In this document: piece after piece, positions 20,129-29,173 of the stretch | Layout of the letters: every line of letters starts with the position of its first letter | How positions within the stretch are numbered: the first letter of the stretch is position 1 | Assembly (NCBI GenBank): GCA_003176035.1 | Contig: PSRL01000048.1 | Span: forward strand, 1-36,147 | Length of the DNA: 36,147 bases | Source of the DNA: Verrucomicrobiota bacterium | GTDB taxonomy: Bacteria; Verrucomicrobiota; Verrucomicrobiia; Chthoniobacterales; Xiphinematobacteraceae | Direction: 5' to 3' | Notes under the pieces: generated by a model | What the model saw: only the letters and a program-made list of their open reading frames with translations | Told to the model about the DNA's origin: nothing | Databases searched by the model: none | Program-made: the position numbers and the translations under genes

Positions 20129-20644
20129 ATGAACGATTCCAATTTTAAAAACAGTTCTATAAAAACATTGGGTGTCTATGTGGACGTTCAAAACATCTAC
20201 TATACTGTAAAACAACAATACAACGCGCATTTTAACTACAAGGAATTTTTGAGTGAAGTAAAAACCGGAGGAAGAATCCTCAAAGCGGTCGCCTACGCAA
20301 CGAATAACAATCGCGAAGATCAACGCCATTTTCAGGGATTATTAGCGAGCTATGGATTTCAAGTTCAATTGAGCAGCTACAATGTGCATAGCAGCGGTCA
20401 AGTCTCCATGGAACGAGAGATGAGATCGGATATTCTGCACGATAGTCGGCAGCTGGATCGTATTATATTGGCTACGGGAAACGGAGGTTTCGAGGATTTG
20501 ATTCACCATATCAAAAGAATCCATCAAAGGCCCATTGATCTTTATGGTGTTCCGGGTCTGACTGCGCAGAGGTTAATTGATGCCGTTGATCAATATTTTC
20601 CCATCGATGCTTCGTTGCTCCTGGGGATCCCGATAAGATGGTAG
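20129..20644 (+). CDS. NYN-domain (LabA/DUF88, PIN-like) protein with degenerate active site
   Basis: VYVDVQNIYY and YGVPGLT motifs present. The usual SGDGDF motif reads TGNGGF. Confidence 0.85.
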   Translation: MNDSNFKNSSIKTLGVYVDVQNIYYTVKQQYNAHFNYKEFLSEVKTGGRILKAVAYATNNNREDQRHFQGLLASYGFQVQLSSYNVHSSGQVSMEREMRSDILHDSRQLDRIILATGNGGFEDLIHHIKRIHQRPIDLYGVPGLTAQRLIDAVDQYFPIDASLLLGIPIRW

Positions 20645-21615
20645 AACCTCTCCCAAAACCTAGGAAGGCGGTCTTGCACATCATTCCGAACTTAACTGTC
20701 GGTGGTGCACAAAGTTATTTAAAAACTCTTGTTGACGGAATAGTTCAATGCAAACATCAAATCTTCATTTTAGAAGATCAAGTTGGAACGGAGTGGGAAG
20801 GTTATGCGATAGACCTAATTTGTATTAGTAAGCTAATGAGGCTTTGTAAAAACCCTAATTTATTTAAGATACCGTTTCATTTTCATTGGTATCCGCCTTT
20901 TCAATTTAACATTCCCGAATGCAGAAAAGCAAAAAGTATTGTGACCATCCAAGAGAATGAAAATTGCCGAATCCGGAATGCAAACATTTATGTCACCTCC
21001 ACTTCCGCCGGGCTCCGATACGTACCACCTCGATCTCAGGGAGTTGTCATTAGGCCGGCTATTGATCCGCAAAGATGGAGGTCTCATCCGGTGAAACGGA
21101 AGAAAGGGCGCCTTATTCGGCATAGCACTCTCTATCCTCATAAATTATCCGATAGTATCATGCAAGATATCTGTTCATACGATTTTAAGAGATATCAGTG
21201 GAGAATTATTGGGGTTGGCGATTGGAATTATACATTTTATCTTCGGCTTCGGTATCTTTTGTCCGCTCCCATTACGCTCGGTAGCAGTGACAATATTTGT
21301 GAGGAATTAAATCGTGCATGGCTTTATGTCTATCACGCATCTGATAAAGGCGAACATTACGGATTGTGTTTTCAGGAAGCACTGGCTTGCGGCATACCAA
21401 TCGTAACCAATGATCACACCGGAGCCGTTGAACAAATCCAACAAGGAGAGACGGGATTTATCTGTTCCGATTATGCTGAAATGAAGATGCGAGTTGATGC
21501 ACTTTATTGCAACGATTTGCTCTATGACGAACTTTTAAATAATCTTCGCAATTATCACGTGAAGGAACAGTGGATTGATTTTCTCGCTGCCTATGAACAT
21601 TTATACTCTTCTTAA
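20638..21615 (+). CDS. Glycosyltransferase family 4 (GT-B)
   Basis: VLHIIPNLTVGGAQ N-terminal motif and EHYGLCFQEALACGIP (E-x7-E). Confidence 0.85.
   Translation: MVEPLPKPRKAVLHIIPNLTVGGAQSYLKTLVDGIVQCKHQIFILEDQVGTEWEGYAIDLICISKLMRLCKNPNLFKIPFHFHWYPPFQFNIPECRKAKSIVTIQENENCRIRNANIYVTSTSAGLRYVPPRSQGVVIRPAIDPQRWRSHPVKRKKGRLIRHSTLYPHKLSDSIMQDICSYDFKRYQWRIIGVGDWNYTFYLRLRYLLSAPITLGSSDNICEELNRAWLYVYHASDKGEHYGLCFQEALACGIPIVTNDHTGAVEQIQQGETGFICSDYAEMKMRVDALYCNDLLYDELLNNLRNYHVKEQWIDFLAAYEHLYSS
20642..20670 (+). mobile_element. Isolated MITE terminal-repeat remnant overlapping the NYN stop and the glycosyltransferase N-terminus
   Basis: TAGAACCTCTCCCAAAACCTAGG is identical to the start of the copy at 28875. 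Confidence 0.8.
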
Positions 21616-22528
21616 TCCCCATGCTTTGGATCGGCTTTTTGATTTGATTCATAAAATTGCTCATCCTTCCCTGAAAACAGAGCTACTGGTTTCAGGAGCT
21701 GACCATGGAGCAGCCGTGGAGAAAATAAGCCGTTATCGATTTGGCCAAACGTTTACTATTTTAAAAATATCCGCATCCCGTTATTCCCCTGTAAGTAAAC
21801 TCTGCCAAAAATTGGCGATGAAAGGAACATTTTTAAATGTCGGATGTGCTGAGAAGCGTCCACATCCTCAGATTAACGATGCGTACTACTTTGGAAAAGG
21901 CACGGACAACATTTGTAACGCCCCTGCGATGGAACGATCTACGCTTTCCGATATTTTCAAAGCAGCAGATTGCTACCTCGCAAAAGCTTCGGCATCCCAA
22001 ATCTGCTTAGGGGAAGTAGGGGTGGGAAATACATTGGCGTCTTCGGCAATTGTATCTCTGCTCTGTAACAAAAAAGCGTCCGAAATTACTGGTGCGGGCA
22101 GTGGCATTTCTTTGGACATTCAAAGAAAAAAAATTGGGCTCATAGAACGGGCAATCGATCGGCATAGGAGTCAATTCTCACAAACTGATGATCCGTTGAA
22201 TATATTGTCATCGTTAGGGGGCTTTGAAATTGCCTGGAATGTTGGTATTATCCTCGCTGCTCACAAATATAAAAAGCGCATTCTGCTCGATGGATTTATT
22301 ACGGGGTGTGCGGCGTTGATTGCGGCCACTTATCAACATGGTGCGGTGCATAGTCTTGTAGCAACCCATGTTTCTCGCGAGCCCGGCCACAGAGACCTTC
22401 TTCAAACGCTCCATCTTCAGCCTTTTCTCACCTTGGATATGGCATTGGGACAGGGCTTTGGAGCGGTTTTAGGTTATTCGTTTATTTTAAACACCGCAAG
22501 CTTATTAAGAAATGATAATAATTTTTGA
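21593..22528 (+). CDS. CobT-like (nicotinate-nucleotide:base phosphoribosyltransferase fold) protein, divergent
   Basis: GADHG, GEVGVGNT, GAGSG, LGGFEIA, LDGFI and HVSREPGH motifs. C-terminal motif reads MALGQGFGA instead of MRLGEGTGA. Confidence 0.85.
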   Translation: MNIYTLLNPHALDRLFDLIHKIAHPSLKTELLVSGADHGAAVEKISRYRFGQTFTILKISASRYSPVSKLCQKLAMKGTFLNVGCAEKRPHPQINDAYYFGKGTDNICNAPAMERSTLSDIFKAADCYLAKASASQICLGEVGVGNTLASSAIVSLLCNKKASEITGAGSGISLDIQRKKIGLIERAIDRHRSQFSQTDDPLNILSSLGGFEIAWNVGIILAAHKYKKRILLDGFITGCAALIAATYQHGAVHSLVATHVSREPGHRDLLQTLHLQPFLTLDMALGQGFGAVLGYSFILNTASLLRNDNNF

Positions 22529-23027
22529 TTTTGACGGCACCCTATTCAATACATTACCTGTATATTTCGACATAAAAAGAAACCGGATTTCCTCTCAAAG
22601 GGACGTTCTATTTTGGCATAAACAGTTTATTAACAGACGACGCGCGTCTTTAGGTGAATATGCAGAGGAGTGGAAGTTTCTTTTTAAAAGATGTGATGGC
22701 CAACAAATCTACATTATCAGCGAGTCTCCACATCAGGTGCTCATTTTCTATCTCGATACCTTTGGGTTAAAGCCATATGTTTCGGGATTGTTTGGGCAGC
22801 AACTTTCTCAGGACGGTTCGAGGTATCGCACAATAGAAAAGCTCCTACTCACTAGGAAGCTGGCATGGTTGATTTCAGATAACCCACTTGATCTCCTTCT
22901 GCGATACACTACATTAAATATCATCGATGCCCGTGGATTTTATTCGGGTGGAATTTCGGTATTTCGGCAAAAGCTCGTCAATTTGGAAAAAACCATTTTC
23001 GGGAACTGCACGGCAGTCTCCGTGTAG
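22512..23027 (+). CDS. HAD-superfamily hydrolase (putative phosphatase)
   Basis: Motif I IIFDFDGTL, motif II IISE, motif-IV-like SDNPLD. Overlaps the CobT-like stop. Confidence 0.75.
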   Translation: MIIIFDFDGTLFNTLPVYFDIKRNRISSQRDVLFWHKQFINRRRASLGEYAEEWKFLFKRCDGQQIYIISESPHQVLIFYLDTFGLKPYVSGLFGQQLSQDGSRYRTIEKLLLTRKLAWLISDNPLDLLLRYTTLNIIDARGFYSGGISVFRQKLVNLEKTIFGNCTAVSV

Positions 23028-23778
23028 CCACCAAAGCATCGAAGGTTTGGGCATAGTCTTGGATTTTGGATTCAGCTGCATCGTGAAAGACATGGAGGCA
23101 TGCCAAATTCACTATGTTAGGGAGCATTATTTTTCGACCAAGCCTTTGTTGTCGGTAAGCAAATTCAACATCTTCAAATCCCATAGTTTCCATTTCCATG
23201 AACTGGCTCAGTAACGCTACTTCCCTATCAACCATCATATTTCTCCCTATCACACCCAACCACCTGTAATTCTTGGTCATTTTATTTTTAACTTCCGAGG
23301 AAGAATATCGGTATCTGCCGATGCGTTGGCTGTAACTATCCCGTCTCCCAAGCATTTCAATAAGTTGCTTCCAAGGAGTACGGAGATACAGTTGGAGAAA
23401 TTCTTTCGGTTTTCTAAATGCATGATAGCTGAGTCCCGAAAGGATTGCGGGGTGTCGGGTTTGGGTGATGGAAAGCAATATCTCGAGGTGTCGCGGTCCG
23501 ATTGCTATGTCATCATCCACAAAAAGCAAATACTTGCTCTTTGCCGCTTTTAGAATGTCATTGCGAATCGATCCGATGTTAAATGGCTTTTTATAGGTAA
23601 ATTGCTGTACAGTATAACGCTTTTCTAACTCCCGAGGCCATGTTACCCCTTCTTCGGAAAACAAAATAATTTCGAAAGGTCCGATGCAACTCTGTCGAAT
23701 GAGCGCTTCCCAAAGAATTCTAAGATAATCCTGTTTTGAGGTCTGTGTGATTACTCCAACTGAAAGAAGCCTACACAT
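22978..23778 (-). CDS. Glycosyltransferase family 2 (GT-A)
   Basis: IRN...LLFVDDD, GFED and LHVFH motifs. Confidence 0.85.
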   Translation of the reverse strand: MCRLLSVGVITQTSKQDYLRILWEALIRQSCIGPFEIILFSEEGVTWPRELEKRYTVQQFTYKKPFNIGSIRNDILKAAKSKYLLFVDDDIAIGPRHLEILLSITQTRHPAILSGLSYHAFRKPKEFLQLYLRTPWKQLIEMLGRRDSYSQRIGRYRYSSSEVKNKMTKNYRWLGVIGRNMMVDREVALLSQFMEMETMGFEDVEFAYRQQRLGRKIMLPNIVNLACLHVFHDAAESKIQDYAQTFDALVATRRLPCSSRKWFFPN

Positions 23779-24838
23779 AGGTAAATCTATCAGGCAAGGC
23801 GTACGCTGGAATAAGCCTTTTTATTTTGTCAAATAACTGGCGATGGAGTGGTCGGTACCTTATTGGAATACTACAAACAATTTCAGATGTGTCGTTGATA
23901 TTTTTTTCCAACCGGATCTGAATATTTTCTATTTCCAGGGCGTCTTGGATCAGATTTTTTAACCACACCAGATCAATTTTATTTCCATTTTTAAAAACCA
24001 CAGTATCCAGGCGTCCCTTGACAATTAAATTTCCCTTCTGATACTCTCCTTGGTCCCCTGTAAACACTTTGCCGCCCTCGGATGTGAGAATTACAATTTC
24101 CCTTTGGTCCCCGGAAAAATCTATAGTGTGATTTTTTAGCACGATCCCGCAATTCAAGGGATCTCCGGAACTAACATTTTTATTAATTGAAATGACTCCC
24201 GTTTGAGTGGTTCCGTAATAACAACAAAGGGCTATACCACGGTCCTCAAAAAAGCAAATCAAATCCTTATCCAAAGGCGAACCTGCATAGGCGATTGTTT
24301 TTAAGAAATAAATTTCCCTATTACCCCTCTCTATCCATTTTGCAAAAAGTCTGATTTGATTAGGAACCGCAAAAATGACCTCAGGCTTCAGCCGCAAGAT
24401 GATCGCACTCAAATCAATGGGAGGATGCCCAATGTTGATGTAAACATGTGTCGAAAAACGTCGACTAGTTAACAGCGCCGGAATGAGGCCAAAGGAATGG
24501 TTAGGCGTGGTCATGATGAGAATTTTTTTCGAGTCAAGAAAAGAAGAATGGTTTTCCAATGCAAACAGTTCGTGTAAGATGGAGCATTTTGTTCTCGGAT
24601 AAAGGGATTGACTTCCTTTAGTCACACCCGACGAAAACATGCCAAGAAAGGTGGTCTGTAATACGGTTGAATTTAGCTGACTGTAAAATTTTGTAAGTCG
24701 TGAGGGACTTGAGGGAACATGAAGAATATAATTGGCGATTTGCTTGTTAGGATTGTTTTGGATAGCAATATCATGTCCCGAGAAAATAACTTGCTCCGGA
24801 TCACCCGCGTTTTCTTCCATATCTATCCGGTTTTGCAT
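23771..24838 (-). CDS. Short, divergent AMP-binding (ANL superfamily) enzyme
   Basis: FSSGVT P-loop-like motif, HSFGL, YGTTQTG, FTGDQG, GRLD...NGNKI. Ends at PAYALPDRFTYV. Confidence 0.8.
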   Translation of the reverse strand: MQNRIDMEENAGDPEQVIFSGHDIAIQNNPNKQIANYILHVPSSPSRLTKFYSQLNSTVLQTTFLGMFSSGVTKGSQSLYPRTKCSILHELFALENHSSFLDSKKILIMTTPNHSFGLIPALLTSRRFSTHVYINIGHPPIDLSAIILRLKPEVIFAVPNQIRLFAKWIERGNREIYFLKTIAYAGSPLDKDLICFFEDRGIALCCYYGTTQTGVISINKNVSSGDPLNCGIVLKNHTIDFSGDQREIVILTSEGGKVFTGDQGEYQKGNLIVKGRLDTVVFKNGNKIDLVWLKNLIQDALEIENIQIRLEKNINDTSEIVCSIPIRYRPLHRQLFDKIKRLIPAYALPDRFTYV

Positions 24839-25089
24839 AAAATTCGGGAAATCGTTTCTGTCAGGTATTCGACGTTATCAACAAGTTTAATGCTTAATAA
24901 TTCATCGGTAATTTCAATTCCAAAAATCGATTCCATATCGATCAGGATTTCAAGTGAATGCATGGAATCAATTCCGAGATACGATATGAGACCGCCTTGC
25001 ATCGGAAGGCGAGTCATGTCTACCCGATCGCTGTAATTAGTTGCGATATAATCGGTAATTTTTTTAACAATATCTTTGTTATCTTTCAT
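24823..25089 (-). CDS. Acyl/aminoacyl carrier protein
   Basis: 88 aa from ATG 25089 with phosphopantetheine site LGIDSM followed by LEILIDMESIFGIEI. Confidence 0.9.
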   Translation of the reverse strand: MKDNKDIVKKITDYIATNYSDRVDMTRLPMQGGLISYLGIDSMHSLEILIDMESIFGIEITDELLSIKLVDNVEYLTETISRILCKTG

Positions 25090-25108
25090 AGGTTTGTGAT
25101 GTGAATGT

Positions 25109-25900
25109 TTAGTGGCTTCCGCTTTGATATTTTTTGAGGCCCAAGCTCCAGATTGCTGTATGGAGTAAATAAAGGGCGATGATAACCGGCAGAAAAAGCA
25201 ACGCTCCATACCGCTCTCCAGCGAGAATTTCCGCCGGAACGTTAGCCATAAGAAAAATAGGAAAAATCCAATAGAGGAGATTCCTTATTACCGGTGGATA
25301 AACAGCGGCTGGCTTACTTCCCAATTCCATTGTCCACGATAACAGATCTCTAAATTCATCAACGCGGCCCCACCAAAATGCCAATGACATGAGCAATAGT
25401 AAAACGAGCGATAGGAAGATAAAGCCAAGCGTTACGGCAAAAATAAAATGTACGATTTGCCAAACCGAGATTGCGGAGGAATAGGCTACGATCAACCCAA
25501 CTCCAAAGATTCCGCTGATGAGGCTACCAAAATCGATTTCGCGCAATATCAATAATGCGGTGGTCGAAATGGGTCGTAAAAGGTAAGAATCCAGCTCTCC
25601 ATGAACGATGAGTTTGGGGAGTTCCGAAATACTGTGAAATGCAAAGGCTATGTAGGCTGATTCAACAATAATATAGGAACCGACAAGAAGCATCGCGCGA
25701 GCTTTATCCCAAGTGCCCAACATTTCTATTTTTTCGAAAACAGTGTCATAAAAATAAAATAAAATTAAAGCTCCAAATGTATTGATGACCAAACCAATCA
25801 GGAAGTCTGCCCGATAAGCTAAAGCCCTAAAATAATTTAGCTTGATATAACATGCGTATAACCGCAGGTATACGAAGAACCTATCCGCCAAATGCTTCAT
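25109..25900 (-). CDS. ABC-2 family permease (DUF990 / ABC2_membrane_6 type)
   Basis: YRADF, GELDSYLLRP, several hydrophobic segments, C-terminal KYQSGS. Confidence 0.88.
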   Translation of the reverse strand: MKHLADRFFVYLRLYACYIKLNYFRALAYRADFLIGLVINTFGALILFYFYDTVFEKIEMLGTWDKARAMLLVGSYIIVESAYIAFAFHSISELPKLIVHGELDSYLLRPISTTALLILREIDFGSLISGIFGVGLIVAYSSAISVWQIVHFIFAVTLGFIFLSLVLLLLMSLAFWWGRVDEFRDLLSWTMELGSKPAAVYPPVIRNLLYWIFPIFLMANVPAEILAGERYGALLFLPVIIALYLLHTAIWSLGLKKYQSGSH

Positions 25901-26684
25901 ATCGTTTTATTCCAATATTCCAAATCCAAAGATAGAGCCCGTATAACAACGCGATCCACAACATCAGAATGAAAGGGGTCGTCCATTGCATCGCGGAGGG
26001 CGTGAGACATGCGCGAGCTGGAACAAATCCCAAAAATTGAAACGGTAGCCATTCGAACACACTTTGAACTGCTGAGGGGAGAAGCGAAAAGGGAAACCAT
26101 AAGCCAGCGAGAATTCGAACAGCAATTTCTTTTAGAACAAATAGAAAGTCGCTTTTCTGAAACCAAAAGGAGAGCAATCCAATATTAAAATCCATAAGAA
26201 AATGTAGGATCACCCCCCCCAGTGTATAGATAATAAATAGAATGACGCCTATGGGTGAAATGATAAATTCAGGACTGATTTTTTCCCAAAAGAGAAATAG
26301 GCAAATCACAAGCGGAAGCAAGCTTGCAAGCGAAAAAGCCATCCTTTCCCCAACTAATTTCCAAAACATAATGTCGAGAAACCCATAAGGAAGGAGCAGA
26401 AAGTGATTCAGACTCCCATCTTGAATATGATCCGATACCATGACGTTATGCGGCTGTGAGAGCTCATAGCTCATATTTGCTAAAATTAAATATCCGAAAA
26501 GGCCCTCAAGGGTGTGGTTTGCAATTTCCGTCCGACCCACAAAGGCAGCCTTCCAAAAGAAAAGCTGGGCTGAGAGGGAGAGTAAAACGGCAACGAAGCG
26601 CATGAAGAATGTGCCGCGGTAGATTAAACTATTGCCGATTGAAACCGTAATGATTGTGCTAGGTTTCGCTATTATGTTTCTCAT
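25881..26684 (-). CDS. ABC-2 family permease (DUF990 / ABC2_membrane_6 type)
   Basis: YRGTF, IQDGSLNHFLLLP, LPFQ, C-terminal RYEAFGG. Confidence 0.88.
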   Translation of the reverse strand: MRNIIAKPSTIITVSIGNSLIYRGTFFMRFVAVLLSLSAQLFFWKAAFVGRTEIANHTLEGLFGYLILANMSYELSQPHNVMVSDHIQDGSLNHFLLLPYGFLDIMFWKLVGERMAFSLASLLPLVICLFLFWEKISPEFIISPIGVILFIIYTLGGVILHFLMDFNIGLLSFWFQKSDFLFVLKEIAVRILAGLWFPFSLLPSAVQSVFEWLPFQFLGFVPARACLTPSAMQWTTPFILMLWIALLYGLYLWIWNIGIKRYEAFGG

Positions 26685-27624
26685 AGTGCTTTTTTACTAT
26701 TGCTTCCAAGGAAACCGGTTTGATTTCCAATTCCAGATCCGTACAATCATGAAAAAAGGTCATCGCCTGAGAGGTGGGTAGAAGAAATTCTGTAAATTCT
26801 AGGTTTTCTTCGACAATTTGTGCTTGAAACTGTCGTTTGTATTGCTGCAAATCGTTGGAGCGAATTCTTACGATCCGATAGTCCTTATATTCCTCTTGAA
26901 TACGGCTGAGAGGTTCATCAACAACAGTCCTGCCGTCAGATAGAATGATCAGCCTCTTACACAAATCGGTGATATCTTCAAAATAGTGACTGGTTAAAAT
27001 GATGGTTGCCCGCGCTGTGGTTTGATAATTAATCAGAAATTTTCTGATTTGTCGGCGGGAAATAAAGTCTAAGCCAATGGTCGGCTCATCTAGGAATATA
27101 ATGCGGGGACGATGAAGCAGAGAAAGCAAAATTTCCAGTTTCATGCGTTCTCCGAGTGAGAGATTGCGGACGGGTGTGGTTAACAGGGAAGCTACATCCA
27201 ACATCTCAGATAATTGTTGAATGCGCGCTTTAAAATCGCGATTGTTGATTTCGTAGATTGCCTGGTGAATCAAAAAACTGTCTCGAGCTGGGAGGTCCCA
27301 CCAAAGATTGCTTTTTTGAGCGTTTATAAAGGCGATACGTCGAAGAAACGGTCGCTTTTTTTCGTACGGCACAAACCCATCGGTATTTACGGTTCCATTC
27401 GAAGGAAACAAAATGCCTGAAAGCATTTTTAATACGGTGGTTTTTCCCGCCCCATTAGGGCCAATTAGACCAACAAATTCACCTTCGTCAATCCTGAAGG
27501 AAATTCCCTTAACAGCTTCGATAATTTCGTATTCCCTATAAATCAAGGATCGCAAGGAGTGAACAAAGCCGGTGGGCCGCCTGAAAACTTTATAATTCTT
27601 AGTAAGCGCATGAACTTGAATCAT
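26659..27624 (-). CDS. ABC transporter ATP-binding protein
   Basis: Walker A GPNGAGKT, signature LSLGE, Walker B IIFLDEPT, H-loop TSH. Confidence 0.95.
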   Translation of the reverse strand: MIQVHALTKNYKVFRRPTGFVHSLRSLIYREYEIIEAVKGISFRIDEGEFVGLIGPNGAGKTTVLKMLSGILFPSNGTVNTDGFVPYEKKRPFLRRIAFINAQKSNLWWDLPARDSFLIHQAIYEINNRDFKARIQQLSEMLDVASLLTTPVRNLSLGERMKLEILLSLLHRPRIIFLDEPTIGLDFISRRQIRKFLINYQTTARATIILTSHYFEDITDLCKRLIILSDGRTVVDEPLSRIQEEYKDYRIVRIRSNDLQQYKRQFQAQIVEENLEFTEFLLPTSQAMTFFHDCTDLELEIKPVSLEAIVKKHYEKHNSET

Positions 27625-28781
27625 AAATTTTCAAGTAATGTTAACCATTGCGCCGTCGTGGTAAGAAAATTGTAAGTTGCTGAGGCCCTCAGCCGTGCGG
27701 ATTGCTGAAGCTCTTTCCGAATTGGGTCGCTCAACTCCAGAAACTCAAGCATTTTGTCGCTCAATTTTCCAACATCAGGATAGTAAATAAAGGGCGCTGT
27801 CGGCTTGCACTCCACCTGACATGCGTATGCGACAGTGGTGGCAATTTCTCTCAGTCCACCAGTGTCGCTCATAATGGGAAGTGCACCGTACATAATTGCT
27901 TCCAGTGCGACATAGCCAAAGGGTTCGTTCAGAGAGGGGACTAGAGTGTAGCGTGCACTTTGAAAGACTTTGGAAATTTGCGTCCAGGGGAGAGCTCCAC
28001 AAAATGCGACATTTTGAGCCAGGCCATAATTTTTGACGACCAATTCAGCCGTGGTTTTCATCGGCCCGTCTCCAATAAGCTTTAATTGGCAATGAGGTCG
28101 CACCTTGCAAACGGTGCGAAAAGCTTCAATCAATGCAAGGACGCCCTTTTCCGGAACCATCCTTCCAACAAAAATAAAATCCGTCGGAGGAAGCGCGAGA
28201 CGCTGCTGAGCCCATTTTTGGAATCCCCATCCATAATTGATGTGCGTGGTTTTTTGGCCATATCCCATTGTCGCCATCCTCAGCTGCATATACTGGCTCC
28301 CTACGACCAGACGATCGCTTTCCTGAAAATAACGTTTTTCCAGTTGGGTCATGGACGTCAGTTGATCATTCCATAATCCATTAATATCAGAAAATATCTG
28401 ATTTACCATTGTGACTAAAGGAACACCAAAATGCAAAGCACAACCTTTAGCCTCCGGAAAGCAGAGGCTATCGGCCAAAATGACAAAGTCCGGCGCTTGC
28501 ATTCGGGCAGCAATTGTTTTGGCTTTTTTTAAGAACTGAAAATGTCTTCTGAACCCCCGATCTGAATCCATGGACTCATCCTGGTAGATGCCGGCAGCAG
28601 GAATTCGATAGATTGCAACGCCATTGGTCTGCAGTTCGTAGCTTTCTTCATTACAAATCGTCAAGAGCTGCACATGAACTCCCAATGTATTTAATCCATT
28701 GACGAGATTCACAGTAAATGGAGTGGCGCCGCCCCAAGAATAGGGTGGATATTCCTGGGAAAAAACAATGATGTTTTTCAT
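27621..28781 (-). CDS. Glycosyltransferase family 4 (GT-B)
   Basis: EYPPYSWGG, FVGRMVPEKG, IGDGP, PSLNEPFGYVALEA. 4-bp start/stop overlap with the ABC ATPase gene. Confidence 0.92.
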   Translation of the reverse strand: MKNIIVFSQEYPPYSWGGATPFTVNLVNGLNTLGVHVQLLTICNEESYELQTNGVAIYRIPAAGIYQDESMDSDRGFRRHFQFLKKAKTIAARMQAPDFVILADSLCFPEAKGCALHFGVPLVTMVNQIFSDINGLWNDQLTSMTQLEKRYFQESDRLVVGSQYMQLRMATMGYGQKTTHINYGWGFQKWAQQRLALPPTDFIFVGRMVPEKGVLALIEAFRTVCKVRPHCQLKLIGDGPMKTTAELVVKNYGLAQNVAFCGALPWTQISKVFQSARYTLVPSLNEPFGYVALEAIMYGALPIMSDTGGLREIATTVAYACQVECKPTAPFIYYPDVGKLSDKMLEFLELSDPIRKELQQSARLRASATYNFLTTTAQWLTLLENL

Positions 28782-28874
28782 TAGTGTCAATAGCTAAAAT
28801 CCAAGCTTAAAAACAATGGCATGTCCGAAAAAATCGACAAAATATCGCCTCATCAATTTGAAACTTATCTTGAT

Positions 28875-29156
28875 TAGAACCTCTCCCAAAACCTAGGGAT
28901 ACCGCGGTTGTCAGACATTTTGGAGCCGGGCGAGGCGCCAAGATAAGGCAACAGCTTAGATAGTATTGACTCATTTTGGAAACACAGCCTGGCTCCAAAA
29001 GAGCGGCAACCCTCTCGGCACGAGCCCTTCTGCCATAGGATGGGTGTCGGCTTAAGTCGATCAGGTATCGCGGAGGGTACCTGACCATCCTCGCTCCCGA
29101 TCCTCTGTCATGATTGCTTCTCGGGCGGGCCTCCCTAGCTTTTAGGTGAAGTTCTA
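28875..29156. mobile_element. 282-bp MITE, long family, inside the operon
   Basis: TAGAACCTCTCCCAAAACCTAGGGA ... TCCCTAGCTTTTAGGTGAAGTTCTA. Interior is colinear with the reverse complement of 18631-18853 plus an extra segment. Confidence 0.85.
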
Positions 29157-29173
29157 CCATTTTGGCTTTCATT

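Noticed and set aside
21593-22528. Calling this gene cobT of cobalamin synthesis
   Set aside because: The catalytic motif is altered and no other cob genes are nearby, so the symbol is withheld.
28807-29172. 121-aa ORF starting right after the dehydratase stop
   Set aside because: About three quarters of it is MITE sequence, and removing the element plus one TA (280 bp) breaks the frame, so it is unlikely to be an ancestral gene.
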